From assembly GCA_048938105.1 (NCBI GenBank), contig JBHLMN010000007.1, forward strand, positions 205,383 through 269,382: 64,000 nucleotides of DNA, read 5' to 3'. The DNA comes from Promethearchaeota archaeon (lineage in GTDB: Archaea; Asgardarchaeota; Heimdallarchaeia; Hodarchaeales; Hodarchaeaceae). Positions within the stretch are counted from its first letter, which is position 1, and the number at the start of each line of letters is the position of its first letter. The translations under genes were made by a program, and so were the position numbers. Shown piece after piece: positions 20,476 to 31,211 of this stretch. The notes below the pieces were generated by a model. That model saw only the letters and a list, made by a program, of their open reading frames with translations, did no database searches and was not told where the DNA came from.

Positions 20476-20520
20476 TTCCTCTAAGACTAGAGGAAAACTC
20501 CAAGATTTTACCCTCTAGTC
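20476..20520. terminator. Inverted-repeat element between convergent genes
   Basis: TTCCTCTA-AGAC-TAGAGGAA, plus an alternative stem GACTAGAGG/CCTCTAGTC. Confidence 0.45.
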
Positions 20521-21357
20521 TTATTCCTTTAAAAGGTATTTAATGGCATCCTGAATAGCTTCCCGTATGCCTTTCTTCGGGGCGTTATATCCCCAACCTA
20601 TTTCTTTCCCATTGATGAAAATCGCTCTGGAAATTTGATATTTTTCGAAAATCTGTCTATCATCAGTGAAATATTCATGTAAAATGACATCGTCTCCAAA
20701 TTCTAAAGCAACCTCCCTTACACGTTGTGCCTCAATGGGCTTACAAAAAGTATCAATGAAAAGATCAATTACTACCTTTCCCTTCACAGCATGAAAATGA
20801 TAGTTAGGTTCTGGAAAACACGGCCGTTCGGCTGATTCATCGAAAACTTTCCAAAGAATTGCCTCTTCATCTAAGAAATCTTTTTCTCCTTCTTTTGTCA
20901 CTTTTTTACATACGATGAGGGTAAACCCGTGTTTTTCATAAAACAACCCAGGCATAAACCAAAAATCCTCATAATAATAAGCACAAACTACTAACGCTTT
21001 CTTCCCTGCTTTTTTAGTCTCTTCTTCTGCAGCTTGAAGCAATATACGCCCTATTCCCTTACCTCTTACATTAACAGCCACGTGTTGGCAAAGGATAACC
21101 ATCAGATCTTTTCCGAGTGGTCCCCAATGTGAGGACTCTATTGGGATCATATGCAGGAAACCGACTGGTTTTTCATCAAAAAATGCTACTTTTGTTCTAA
21201 AACCCTTCAAGCGCATTTTTTTGTACCATGCACTCCGCTCCTCCGCAGCTAGATCACTTTCTTCTGATTCATGAACATGTGAACAGGTAGCTGTATAATA
21301 CTGCCCCTCCTTCCCAGCATTTTCAAAATTTTTGATTACTATGGCTATCATTTTCAA
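20521..21357 (-). CDS. GNAT acetyltransferase with a C-terminal thioredoxin-like (YoaP-like) domain
   Basis: VRGKGIGRILL, FYEKHGF; C-terminal AIFINGKEIGWG. Confidence 0.8.
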   Translation of the reverse strand: MKMIAIVIKNFENAGKEGQYYTATCSHVHESEESDLAAEERSAWYKKMRLKGFRTKVAFFDEKPVGFLHMIPIESSHWGPLGKDLMVILCQHVAVNVRGKGIGRILLQAAEEETKKAGKKALVVCAYYYEDFWFMPGLFYEKHGFTLIVCKKVTKEGEKDFLDEEAILWKVFDESAERPCFPEPNYHFHAVKGKVVIDLFIDTFCKPIEAQRVREVALEFGDDVILHEYFTDDRQIFEKYQISRAIFINGKEIGWGYNAPKKGIREAIQDAIKYLLKE

Positions 21358-21383
21358 CTACAAATTTAACTAAACTTAAGCAT

Positions 21384-21863
21384 TTAGAGTCTTTTGACCA
21401 TATTGAATCCAGTATCAACCTCTTGGATCACAGTATACCCTAGGTGTTCATATAATCGTTTAGCATCTGTATTGTGTCTAAAGACATGTAAGAGAATAGC
21501 TTTGAAACCAAGATTTTTCACTTCTTTCTCTAATATTTGTAGAGTTTGTGTCCCAAATCCTTTGTTACGATGCTCCAGAAAAACCTCGATGTCAGCAAGA
21601 AAAGTATATTTCTTCTTCTGCTCATGAATATACCAAATATGGCCGAGATTTTGATCACTAGAAGTATCCTTAATGAAACCAATGAATACATCAGGAGTTT
21701 CATAACCTTTAGGTAAGTGTGCTTCGATTTGCAATTCAGTCTGCATTTTGGCTTCTTCTATTCCAACTCCTTTTGATTTGGCATAATCGTGACTAGATTC
21801 ATTGATTGTTGATTCTATATAATTTTCGAATTCTTGCTTAGTCATCTTCACAAATTCAATCAT
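21384..21863 (-). CDS. GNAT acetyltransferase
   Basis: HRNKGFGT, LHVFRHNTDAKRLYEHLGY; start moved to ATG 21863 (GGTGA RBS). Confidence 0.88.
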   Translation of the reverse strand: MIEFVKMTKQEFENYIESTINESSHDYAKSKGVGIEEAKMQTELQIEAHLPKGYETPDVFIGFIKDTSSDQNLGHIWYIHEQKKKYTFLADIEVFLEHRNKGFGTQTLQILEKEVKNLGFKAILLHVFRHNTDAKRLYEHLGYTVIQEVDTGFNMVKRL

Positions 21864-22171
21864 TCGTAATTCACCAATTCTTCTAATAAAGTCAAATTCC
21901 ATTTCTGATATTAGGATTGTTCCAAAGATTGGGAATCCTTTTTGCATTGATTTGGATTGGGGTGATTTCGGCTAGAATGCTTTTTTTGAATCGATCTGTT
22001 TTTCAAAAAGCTCAAAATTAATCAGCTAAGGGAGGACCTCTTTTTAAAAATCAAAAGGCTTTCATTTAGTTTGCATTTATCACAATTAGTATATAATTCA
22101 ATTCAAAAAGTTATGGAAAAGCATTTATAGAATTTTCTGGTCATTTTTGAGACTTAGAACGAAATTGTGGT

Positions 22172-23074
22172 TTGATCATGATGGAAAGATTAGGGTTTGC
22201 TTCTGTTTCTAGAAGTTTTGACATTGAAACCCAGATATTTGTTGCAAGTATTCGTCAGTTTGCTGGAAACTTATCTAACTCTCCAATATGGGTGTTTAGT
22301 CCAAGATCTGAGGATGAAATTCCCCAGAAAATAAAGGAACGTTTCTTATCATTAGATGTTAAGATTATTCCGTTTTCAACCAATCCTGAATTGAGGGAAT
22401 TTCCTTTTACAACATATGTTCGTATTACAGCTGAAGCAGAGTCATTTGTAAAAGATAAAGTTGAGATCCTTACTTGGCTCCTTCCTGATACGTTAATAAT
22501 TAACGCACCAAAACATTTTCTACTAGATAGAAAGAAAAATCTAGGCTACCGACCAGTTCACCACACTTTAGTTGGATCGATATATAGTGAGCCAATTGAC
22601 CCATTTTGGGATTTAATCTATCATAAGTGTAATGTGAGCGAAGATATGATCTTTCCAATGAAAACCCATGTTGATCATAACATTCTTCGCCCTTATTTTA
22701 ATGCAGGATTTCTGATTGTGAGACCTGAGAAAGGTTTACTTCAATCATGGTGGAAATATTTCAAAGAATTATATCGCGACCCATCATTTGAGGAATTTTA
22801 TCAAAAAGATAAGCGCTACAAGATCTTCATGCACCAAGCAGTTTTAGCTGGTGTCATTCTTTCGATTATGGAAAAAGAGGAACTTCAGGAACTTCCATTT
22901 AGTTATAATTATCCATTGCACTTATACCATGAAAGTCCAAAAGATTGCCGCCCTCAGAACATTAATGATCTGGTCACAGCACGATATGAGGAAATAGAAT
23001 GGTTAAGCAAAGTTCCAATTCAAGAACCTCTAAAAACTTGGATAACAGAACAGATTAAAGCATTTACTCAATAA
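22172..23074 (+). CDS. Glycosyltransferase family 8-like (GT-A fold) protein
   Basis: YFNAGFLIVRP, HQAVL, LPFSYNYP; the DxD position is degenerate (LPD). Confidence 0.55.
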   Translation: MIMMERLGFASVSRSFDIETQIFVASIRQFAGNLSNSPIWVFSPRSEDEIPQKIKERFLSLDVKIIPFSTNPELREFPFTTYVRITAEAESFVKDKVEILTWLLPDTLIINAPKHFLLDRKKNLGYRPVHHTLVGSIYSEPIDPFWDLIYHKCNVSEDMIFPMKTHVDHNILRPYFNAGFLIVRPEKGLLQSWWKYFKELYRDPSFEEFYQKDKRYKIFMHQAVLAGVILSIMEKEELQELPFSYNYPLHLYHESPKDCRPQNINDLVTARYEEIEWLSKVPIQEPLKTWITEQIKAFTQ

Positions 23075-23097
23075 TAAGTTGAGTCAAGTGATTTAAA

Positions 23098-23676
23098 ATG
23101 AATACATCTAATAAAGTGAAATTTGGAAAAGTACCACTTGTATTCCCAATCCCAATAATTTTGGCTGGAGCACTTGTTCACGGAAAACCAAATTTTGAAA
23201 CCTTAGGCGATGTTGGAATAATGGGGATAAAGCCTCCTATTGTCTATATATCTTCTGGGCAAGATCACTATACAAATATAGGGATTCTTGAACATGGAAC
23301 GTTCAGTATTAATTTTCCGTCTACTACACTTCTCGCAATAACTGATTATTGTGGAACTGTATCTGGGCATGATGTCGATAAGTCTCAACTATTCAGTGTG
23401 TTTTTTGGACAATTAGCCACAGCTCCAATGATTCAGGAATGTCCAGTAAATCTGGAATGTAAAGTTATCAGAGAATTCACGATTCGGCATAGACAAATCT
23501 TTATTGGAGACGTTACCCAGGCTTATGTCAATGAAGAATTTGTTGTTAAGAATGAAGACCGCTCAAGAATAACAGACATGATAAAACTAGATCCTATAAT
23601 CTATGCTTTGGATAACCGATATTACAAAATTGGTCAACGTATTGGGGTTGGATATCAAGAATATAAGAAATTATGA
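23098..23676 (+). CDS. Flavin reductase family protein
   Basis: HYTNIGILEHGTFSINFP, DYCGTVSG..VDK, APMIQECPVNLEC. Confidence 0.9.
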   Translation: MNTSNKVKFGKVPLVFPIPIILAGALVHGKPNFETLGDVGIMGIKPPIVYISSGQDHYTNIGILEHGTFSINFPSTTLLAITDYCGTVSGHDVDKSQLFSVFFGQLATAPMIQECPVNLECKVIREFTIRHRQIFIGDVTQAYVNEEFVVKNEDRSRITDMIKLDPIIYALDNRYYKIGQRIGVGYQEYKKL

Positions 23677-23793
23677 TGCTAAAAATTGGTCTTCATCATC
23701 AGTTTTATTTTTTGGCTCTTTATCCAATTTATATCGATTAAAGGCCATCATAAAAGCCTCTGGAGTCGTTAATTTAATTCGATCAGTACGCAT
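23671..23793 (-). CDS. Putative 40-aa small protein
   Basis: GAGGT RBS then ATG; MRTDRIKLTTPEAFMMAFNRYKLDKEPKNKTDDEDQFLAS*; below the ORF-track cutoff. Confidence 0.45.
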   Translation of the reverse strand: MRTDRIKLTTPEAFMMAFNRYKLDKEPKNKTDDEDQFLAS

Positions 23794-24096
23794 TTTCTTT
23801 GTCTACCTCATTTTATCGAATATTCCTCTAGTGTAAAAACAAATATAATATCCAGGGAAGAGAACAAAGAACCAATTTTACATACAATCTTTTAACTACT
23901 AGTAAGACGCAATCATAAAAGAATAAGGTGCTACTTTGTATTTTATTTTATCCGTTATTAGGTTTAAGGGCTTGTTAACCCTATTGTATTTATGAGATCA
24001 AATTAAACTGATACTTAACCTCAATTCATTCCTTTTTTTCAAAAATAACGGAATTTCCCCAAAAATATGATTGTAATCAGAACTACCCATTTCTAG

Positions 24097-24894
24097 TCAC
24101 AAAATTGTGATAAGAATTAATGTCATAATACCTACTAAAATAAAAACTAATCCCATGGCTATCATTAGACTATTCTCATTTAATTTGTGAGAAATAAATA
24201 TAGAACCAAAACTACCACCAACAATAGCACCGAGACTAACTATAATCCCGTATTCAAGGTTGATATAACCCTGAATTGAATATCCTATTACACCAGATAA
24301 GGCAATGATTGCCATAATTGCAGTTGCTGTCCCAATAGCAGTATGTGGAGGATACTGAAAAAGAATCAATAATACGAACATAATCATCATTCCTCCTCCT
24401 GCTCCAAATATACCACTCATTAAACCAATAAATAATCCAATCAATAATATAATTATTTTTTTCTGCTTTTCTGATTTAAAATTATACCTTTGTGATTCTA
24501 CTATAGTTTCTTTATGTTTAATCTTTCTGGCACCTCGAAGTAATATTATAGCTCCGATACTGATAAAAATAATGCAAACCGAGTAGCTTAAGGAAGCTTC
24601 ACTAGTATTCACAGCAATGAGAACTCCTAATTGAGAACCCACTAGGGCACTGATAATTAATAATAAACTTGCGGTTAAATCAACTGTTTTCTTACGAAAA
24701 AAAGATAATGCCACAACTGACGCACCGATCATATCGATAAAAAGACTTGTACCAATCGCAGCATAGATAGGTGTCGAATAAACTAACATTAGAATTGGAA
24801 TTACAAATACCGATCCGCTTACTCCAATAATACTGATAATGAGTCCTACGGCTAATCCTAATATTATAAGCCCACTGGTAAGTAAAAAATCCAA
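24097..24894 (-). CDS. Sulfite exporter TauE/SafE (TSUP) family protein
   Basis: Two repeats of G..G..G.GG / AIGTSL / AIGTAT; 8 TM. Confidence 0.9.
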   Translation of the reverse strand: MDFLLTSGLIILGLAVGLIISIIGVSGSVFVIPILMLVYSTPIYAAIGTSLFIDMIGASVVALSFFRKKTVDLTASLLLIISALVGSQLGVLIAVNTSEASLSYSVCIIFISIGAIILLRGARKIKHKETIVESQRYNFKSEKQKKIIILLIGLFIGLMSGIFGAGGGMMIMFVLLILFQYPPHTAIGTATAIMAIIALSGVIGYSIQGYINLEYGIIVSLGAIVGGSFGSIFISHKLNENSLMIAMGLVFILVGIMTLILITIL

Positions 24895-25178
24895 TTCGTT
24901 TTCGCCATACCTTGAAGAATTGTAGAAGCATTCTTATGATTAATTCAATTGGTTTTTCCTTGATGGAAAGGATCTTTTTCACTTTAAAACCCGAGAGAAA
25001 CTCGAAAACAAGACCCTGAAAGGTTAAAATACTCGTTAATGTCAATATTATCATATAATTTATAAGCCTAAATGCTATTCTTATTCATAGACAATATCTG
25101 TTTACAAGAGTGACATTAGTGGCACCTGTAACACATGAAATATCTTAATAAGATTAACGATTAATAGGAATAGAATTT

Positions 25179-25652
25179 ATGTCTAATTTTAAACAATATG
25201 AGTATAAACATAAGGCTAGAGTGTCTACAAAGGATAGAGAGATTAGGGGGCAACAACAATGGCTAGAAGATCGTCTCACGTATCTTCAAAAGGTTGAAGA
25301 ATATAATTTACTCATTAAAGAAATCTTCGTATGCCATAAATGTGGAAAAAGGATAACAAAACCTGACTGGGTTTACACGAAAGAAGTTCACTCTCCTGGT
25401 GAGAATAAGAAAATACATTATTATCACTCCAAACGTCAATGTAATCCCCAATACAATAGAATATGTCTTTATTGTGGAAAAAGCTTTCGTATAAAACGAA
25501 AGACCCAAAAGCTCTGTTCCAAGAAATGTTCAGTAAATTATATGACTAGTCCAATTCTTATTAGACAATGTTCCGCCTGTGGGAAAGAATTCAAAATTCG
25601 TTTGATTAAGAATAACGAAAATAATGAAAAATATTGCCCACATTGTCGTTAG
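25179..25652 (+). CDS. Multi-zinc-finger hypothetical protein
   Basis: CHKC, CLYCGKSF...CSKKC, CSACGKEF...CPHC. Confidence 0.7.
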   Translation: MSNFKQYEYKHKARVSTKDREIRGQQQWLEDRLTYLQKVEEYNLLIKEIFVCHKCGKRITKPDWVYTKEVHSPGENKKIHYYHSKRQCNPQYNRICLYCGKSFRIKRKTQKLCSKKCSVNYMTSPILIRQCSACGKEFKIRLIKNNENNEKYCPHCR

Positions 25653-25838
25653 CAAACGAATTAGGTTTTTTTCTGAGTCTATTATTTCTCCCTAGGAACA
25701 TCAAAAACCATGGATAATTAAAGGTTCATTCTAATAAATGAAGACGTAAACTAAGAACTCGAATTCTTGCTAAGTTAAAATTTATCTCGCAAAAAACAAC
25801 CTCACCATTTTTATTTTTAGCAGTTAGTTTAAGAGAAT

Positions 25839-27347
25839 TCATTCTTGAAGTGGAATAAAAATCTCAAAGAATGTACTTTCTTTGTCTGATTGTACAGTAA
25901 TATACCAACCATGGGCTTCAATTATTTTTCTTACAATTGATAGACCAAGGCCCATACTCTCCTTTTGAGTTGTAAAGCCATAATCAAAGATTCTTTTTTG
26001 AATTTCAGCGGGAATGGGAAAACCATCATTTATGATAAGGATTTTTAAGAATTTCTCAGCCTCCTCCAACTTTATCATAATTTTATGGGGCTTCCCATGA
26101 ATTATAGCATTCTCAAACAAATTTTTAAAGACTTGAGCGAGCCTTTCTTGATCACAGAGGATTGTTGGTAATTTATCATGATTAAATATGATATTCTTTG
26201 GAATATTAGATTCAGCAACTCTTTCAATTAGAAGGTTTAAGTCTATATCTTGATCCTTTTTCACAGCTAGTCCAGCGTCTGCTAATGTGAGGGAACGTGT
26301 AAGTAAGCTCTTCATATAATCGATTTGTTTGCTGATGATGTGAGTCTCATCATATTCAATATCCAATAATTGAGTATAGCCTTCAATAGTAGTTAAGCAA
26401 TTACTTAAATCATGAGCAATAAAATGGGCAAATTCGCTTAATTCTTCCTTTTGCCTTCTGAGTTTCTTCTCAACTTTCTTTAACTTTGTAATATCAATCA
26501 CTGAAACAATGATTTTTTCTAGAGTCTCTTCGTAACCAGAAACCACAGATAGTTTTACAATACAATCAATTTTTTCTCCTGTAAGTTTATATCCTGGGAA
26601 TTCATTTTGATATGTAGTTTTTCCATCAAAAAGTGCAACCAATTCTTCCTGGAATAAGACTGTCGCCTCTTCATCAAAAAAGCCGCTCAAACCTTTAAAA
26701 AACTCTGTTATATTTTTAGCTTTGTATAGTTTTAAAGTAGTGTAGTTTACGTTCACTATGTTGACCATTTGAGTGATTTTTTCTACTTCATGGGGATGTT
26801 TATCAAGATAATGGGATAAATCTGTAATACCTTTGGCTTTCAGCTGATCGAAATAGCGTTTAACAGCTGAGAAATCTTCCTCCCACAGGCTGATTGGTGA
26901 TTCATCAAAGATTATTCGATATCTTTCCTCGCTTTCAATTAAAGCCTTTTCCATGCGTCTGTGTTTGACGACCTGTTTAATAACATGGCGGAGTTCACCA
27001 AATTGACTCTCAGTATCAAAACTTTTTTCAATATAATAGTTTGCTCCGAGATTTAATGCATTAATTGCTACTTTTTCTCGGCCGCGACCAGTAAAAATAA
27101 TAACTGGGATGTCTATCTTCTGTTCTCTTAATTTACTTAGAAGTTCTAAGCCATCCATACCAGGCATTTGATAATCTGTCACTATAACATCAAAATCTAT
27201 TTCTTTTAACCTTTCAAAAACCTTGATTGACTCAGAAAGAGGATGAACTTGCAGCTCATTTCCACCCAAAATACTCATATACTTTTTCGTTAAAAATAAA
27301 AAGCTAGGTTCATCGTCAACATGGAGAACATTTATTTTTTTTTCCAT
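25839..27347 (-). CDS. Hybrid sensor histidine kinase (REC-PAS-HisKA-HATPase)
   Basis: VLHVDDE, DYQMPGMDG, IAHDL, NLFENAIIHG, GLGLSIV. Confidence 0.93.
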   Translation of the reverse strand: MEKKINVLHVDDEPSFLFLTKKYMSILGGNELQVHPLSESIKVFERLKEIDFDVIVTDYQMPGMDGLELLSKLREQKIDIPVIIFTGRGREKVAINALNLGANYYIEKSFDTESQFGELRHVIKQVVKHRRMEKALIESEERYRIIFDESPISLWEEDFSAVKRYFDQLKAKGITDLSHYLDKHPHEVEKITQMVNIVNVNYTTLKLYKAKNITEFFKGLSGFFDEEATVLFQEELVALFDGKTTYQNEFPGYKLTGEKIDCIVKLSVVSGYEETLEKIIVSVIDITKLKKVEKKLRRQKEELSEFAHFIAHDLSNCLTTIEGYTQLLDIEYDETHIISKQIDYMKSLLTRSLTLADAGLAVKKDQDIDLNLLIERVAESNIPKNIIFNHDKLPTILCDQERLAQVFKNLFENAIIHGKPHKIMIKLEEAEKFLKILIINDGFPIPAEIQKRIFDYGFTTQKESMGLGLSIVRKIIEAHGWYITVQSDKESTFFEIFIPLQE

Positions 27348-27578
27348 GAACTATTCCTCTTCAACTACATTAAGAAGATTCAGCTTACAAACCTTGCACC
27401 TTTATATTGAAAAAACTGAATTAATCATTTAAAAAATATAGACAAAAAAAATCTATGTTATTACTTTTTTAACTTACTTTTCCCAAACTATAGATAATTA
27501 TCTACTACAATGAAAATTAAAGAATGAGCTCAATTAAACTAACAAAAATTTAAGGAGGTGGTAGATTTTTAACATTCT

Positions 27579-28283
27579 TCAAATTTCATTTGATAATAAA
27601 TCTAAGAGTTCATCTCCAACAGCCGAAATAATAGGAACTGGGGGATAATTTACTTCCTTGAGTGGGGGAAGTCCAAAAACACCAGTTTCAACTACAATTA
27701 CTTTAACCCCTGCTTGTTTAGCAGCCAGTAAATCGACTATAGTATCTCCAATGAAAATTACTTCATCAGCTGAGACTCCTAGTTTCTTAACTGCATAATA
27801 TATTGGCATTGGAGATGGTTTCCAATGTCTAATACTTTTAGAGTCTACTAAAACGTCAAAAAATTTCAAATATGGCTCGAATCTCTTTTTCAAAAGATAT
27901 GGGGATCCATTAGAAACAATAGCTAATTTTAATCCTTTCTGTTTCAATTTCTGCAATGTTTCTGGTACTTTAGGAAACACATGGATCTCTTGGTCCCACT
28001 TCAAAAACTGCCATACCACCCGTCCTAAACCATTTAATAGCCTTATCCATGATATACCAAAGTCTGCTTTTATTCCTCTGAAAAGTTGAAAACTGAACCA
28101 GGAATGTTTATACCAAACATCATTTTTTTTAACATTGTAAAAGCTTCCTAGGCGTTTAAGATACTTTTTCACATTCCTACGAGTTGGTTTTTCAATGAAT
28201 TCCTGTGCGATTAATTGGGGAAACAAACGAAGAGTGTCAACAAGAGTGCCATCAAGATCAAAAAGAATCGCTTTGAGAGTCAA
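27579..28283 (-). CDS. HAD-superfamily hydrolase (phosphatase)
   Basis: FDLDGTLVD, VSNG, KPSP, IGDT..D. Confidence 0.92.
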   Translation of the reverse strand: MTLKAILFDLDGTLVDTLRLFPQLIAQEFIEKPTRRNVKKYLKRLGSFYNVKKNDVWYKHSWFSFQLFRGIKADFGISWIRLLNGLGRVVWQFLKWDQEIHVFPKVPETLQKLKQKGLKLAIVSNGSPYLLKKRFEPYLKFFDVLVDSKSIRHWKPSPMPIYYAVKKLGVSADEVIFIGDTIVDLLAAKQAGVKVIVVETGVFGLPPLKEVNYPPVPIISAVGDELLDLLSNEI

Positions 28284-28352
28284 TTATCGCACCTATCATC
28301 GTTAATAGCTAAACGAGAATTTAAAAGACACTTATGATCTATACAGATTATT

Positions 28353-28862
28353 CTACATACTTTTTCTCCTAAGAACTCTCCATAGGCCTAATAATAGATT
28401 TGATCGGGGCACTTTTTTCATATATTGTACATATTCCTCTCCATATTTTTCTATTGTCATCTTCTCCTCTTTTATCATATAATGATAGCATAACAATGCC
28501 ATTGTAAATCCAAAAAATAAGCTGAGGGGGTGTTGGGAAATTAAAGCGAATCCAATAAACAAATAAGCAAGACTGAGGTAAATTGGATGACGAATAATTC
28601 CATATATTCCAGTGTCTACTAATTTAGTTGTTACAAATCCCTTCCCTTCTTCCATTCCACCTTCTTTCTTGAGAATATTAGATAAGAGAAATAAAATCGC
28701 TGAAATGGCTATAGAAAGAAATCCAAGATACATAATAATATCAAGTTTAGCCCAATTACTAAAAAAAAATAACATGAAAACTTGAATGATAAAACCTATT
28801 AACATATAAACTGCGATAAGTTTATCCTTGCTTGATATCTCATACTTTTTTGTTTCAGTCAA
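28353..28862 (-). CDS. ICMT/PEMT-family membrane methyltransferase
   Basis: LVDTGIYGIIRHPIY, EEKM..KYGEEY..YMKKVPR. Confidence 0.88.
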   Translation of the reverse strand: MTETKKYEISSKDKLIAVYMLIGFIIQVFMLFFFSNWAKLDIIMYLGFLSIAISAILFLLSNILKKEGGMEEGKGFVTTKLVDTGIYGIIRHPIYLSLAYLFIGFALISQHPLSLFFGFTMALLCYHYMIKEEKMTIEKYGEEYVQYMKKVPRSNLLLGLWRVLRRKSM

Positions 28863-28865
28863 TTT

Positions 28866-29186
28866 TCACGCTTCTTCTAATATATAAGTAAGATACTTTA
28901 TTGAAATAATATGTTCTTGAGCATAAATTCTCCCATCTGACGACTCTTCGGCTACTATACGAAGGTTCCCAGGTTTGGGAAGCTTAATTAATGGCACATG
29001 TAATTCCACACGCTTCTGTTCAGTTGTTCCTAAGTATTGACCTCGTACTTTCCCCGAATCATCAATTAAACGGATTCTATATCGTTTAGATCCCTCTGCC
29101 AATTCAACGCGAATATAAAAGGGAATAGGAACAGTTAATTCAGAGAATTCATCTCCAGCATCATCTACAACGACGATTTTAGGCAT
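28866..29186 (-). CDS. Hypothetical small beta-rich protein
   Basis: 106-aa ORF 3 bp upstream of the ICMT gene; alternating beta-strand pattern. Confidence 0.65.
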   Translation of the reverse strand: MPKIVVVDDAGDEFSELTVPIPFYIRVELAEGSKRYRIRLIDDSGKVRGQYLGTTEQKRVELHVPLIKLPKPGNLRIVAEESSDGRIYAQEHIISIKYLTYILEEA

Positions 29187-29391
29187 ATTTCAAACCTTTG
29201 TTTATTCTATCAGCTTCTAATCTAAAAATAAGCCATTTTGATATGTTAGTTTTGAATACTTAAATTGCTTCGATTGTCTATTATAATAAGGCGAAATAAC
29301 CCTAAGTGTATAAAACTCTATTTCTGAAAAAGAAGGAAACTCATTGAAACCTTGATTCATTTTTATCTGTTTCATAGATAAATAGCATTAA

Positions 29392-29511
29392 CAGATTACA
29401 GGTTTAGGTACTTGCATTGTCGGAGTGATACTCATGGTTATATATTCTATAGGAATGAAATTTGTACCTCCTACAGTGATTCCTAAACCTGATGATAAAT
29501 TAGATTCTTGA
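29392..29511 (+). pseudogene. Probable C-terminal remnant of a membrane protein
   Basis: QITGLGTCIVGVILMVIYSIGMKFVPPTVIPKPDDKLDS* directly after a TAA, with no start upstream of the TM segment. Confidence 0.35.
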
Positions 29512-29806
29512 CCTTGAAATTTTTATTTAAACGGATATTTACCCTTCTTCTTGGTCTGCTTTATAAGACCCAAGAAAAGATTATATAAATAAAATCACAT
29601 CCTCATAATTCTTTTTAAGACAATCATCTTCTCAAAGTAAAATATTGTAAAGCTACGGTGGGAAGGTATATCTAAGCTCCATTGTTAATCATTTAAGATA
29701 CTATAGATTAATGTTTGCGTCATAGATTAGGTTATTTTTTATATTGAATAGCAAAATTGTTTTAAATCGGAATGGATACGTTCATGAAATCTTTGCAGGT
29801 GATTTA

Positions 29807-31060
29807 ATGACTATTATAATCAAAAATGGCACTGTTATTGATGGCACAGGAAAAGAACCAATAACAAATAATATTATCAGGATTGAAGACTCGAAAATCG
29901 TTGAAATGATTACAAAGGGTGAAAATTCCAATATTAATCTAATAATAGACCCAGAAACAGAGCTGATCGATGCATCTGGAAAAATAATAATGCCAGGACT
30001 CATTGATGCGCATTTACATCTTTTAGGTATCCGCTCTATGCAGCCAGTTCAATGGAACCTGGATAAGCCAGCTTTAAGGGCCGCAAGAGCAACTGCAGAT
30101 CTCAAAAAACTTATTGAAGCTGGATTTACGAGTGTTAGATGTGCAGGTTCAGATGTGAGTGTCTATCTTAAGAAAGCTATTATAGAAGGTACCATCCTTG
30201 GTCCACGAATTGTAGCTGCAAATAGAATCATTTCTCAAACTGGTGGTCCTGGTGATACCCATGAACTACCACTTGAGTGGGCTATGGATCTCAATGCTTT
30301 TGGTAGAATAGCTGATGGCGTAGATGATTGTCGAAGGGCAGCTAGAGAACAAATCAGAGAGGGTGCTGATGTTATTAAGATATGTTCAACAGGTGGGGTA
30401 TTATCTAAAGCTGATTCTCCAACTAATGCACAATTAATAGAAGACGAAATTGCTGCAATAGCGATAGAAGCTCATCGAGTGGGAATTAAGGTTATGGCAC
30501 ACGCACATAATCCCGAGGGTATTCAAAATGCAATCAGAAATGGAGCTGACACCATCGAGCATGGAATATTTCTTAATGATGAAGCAATATCATTAATGCT
30601 TCAAAATAACACAATAATTGTACCGACTTTAGCAATATCTGATGCCATCAACAAGAAGGGTGTCGAAGGGGGGGTTCCTGATTACGGCTTACAAAAGGTT
30701 AAAGCGATATATGAAGAACATATTAAGTCCATAAAACAAGCATATCAAAAAGGTGTGAAAATAGCTCTTGGTACGGACTTCTGTGGCCCAGATCTCATCC
30801 CACATGGTGAAAACGCGATTGAGTTAGAATTATTGGTTAATAAAATTGGTATGGCTCCTATGGAGGCTATTATAGCCGCAACAAAGGTTGGATCTGAAGC
30901 TTTAGGTCTCGAAGAAGATATAGGTACTCTTGAGAAAGGTAAAAAGGCTGATCTCTTAATCGTTAATGGAAACCCACTAGAGAATATTAAGATCTTACAA
31001 AACAAGAATAATCTCTTAATAGTAATGAAAGACGGACAAATCCTAGTAGATAGGCGATAG
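29807..31060 (+). CDS. Metal-dependent amidohydrolase (Xaa-Pro dipeptidase-like)
   Basis: MPGLIDAHLH, IKI (carboxylated Lys), AHAH, IEHG, LGTD, GKKADLLIV; start ATG 29807 after AGGTGA. Confidence 0.92.
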   Translation: MTIIIKNGTVIDGTGKEPITNNIIRIEDSKIVEMITKGENSNINLIIDPETELIDASGKIIMPGLIDAHLHLLGIRSMQPVQWNLDKPALRAARATADLKKLIEAGFTSVRCAGSDVSVYLKKAIIEGTILGPRIVAANRIISQTGGPGDTHELPLEWAMDLNAFGRIADGVDDCRRAAREQIREGADVIKICSTGGVLSKADSPTNAQLIEDEIAAIAIEAHRVGIKVMAHAHNPEGIQNAIRNGADTIEHGIFLNDEAISLMLQNNTIIVPTLAISDAINKKGVEGGVPDYGLQKVKAIYEEHIKSIKQAYQKGVKIALGTDFCGPDLIPHGENAIELELLVNKIGMAPMEAIIAATKVGSEALGLEEDIGTLEKGKKADLLIVNGNPLENIKILQNKNNLLIVMKDGQILVDRR

Positions 31061-31067
31061 AATCAAG

Positions 31068-31081
31068 GAGATTATAATCTC
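31068..31081. promoter_or_regulatory. Perfect 14-bp palindrome GAGATTATAATCTC (terminator or operator)
   Basis: 7 bp after the amidohydrolase stop, upstream of the oxidoreductase operon. Confidence 0.35.
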
Positions 31082-31211
31082 TCTGGTTTATTCTTTAATT
31101 GTGAAATAATTTAGCAAATTAATGTAGTAAAAATAGAATATATCTGATTTTCTGTGCATAGTATATACATTTCATATAGAGATTTGATGAGATGATTTGA
31201 TATGAAATCTA

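Noticed and set aside
24990-25026. Two small hairpins (CGAG-AGAAA-CTCG; ACC-CTGAAA-GGT) as a riboswitch
   Set aside because: Stems of 3-4 bp only and no match to a riboswitch consensus I can recognise
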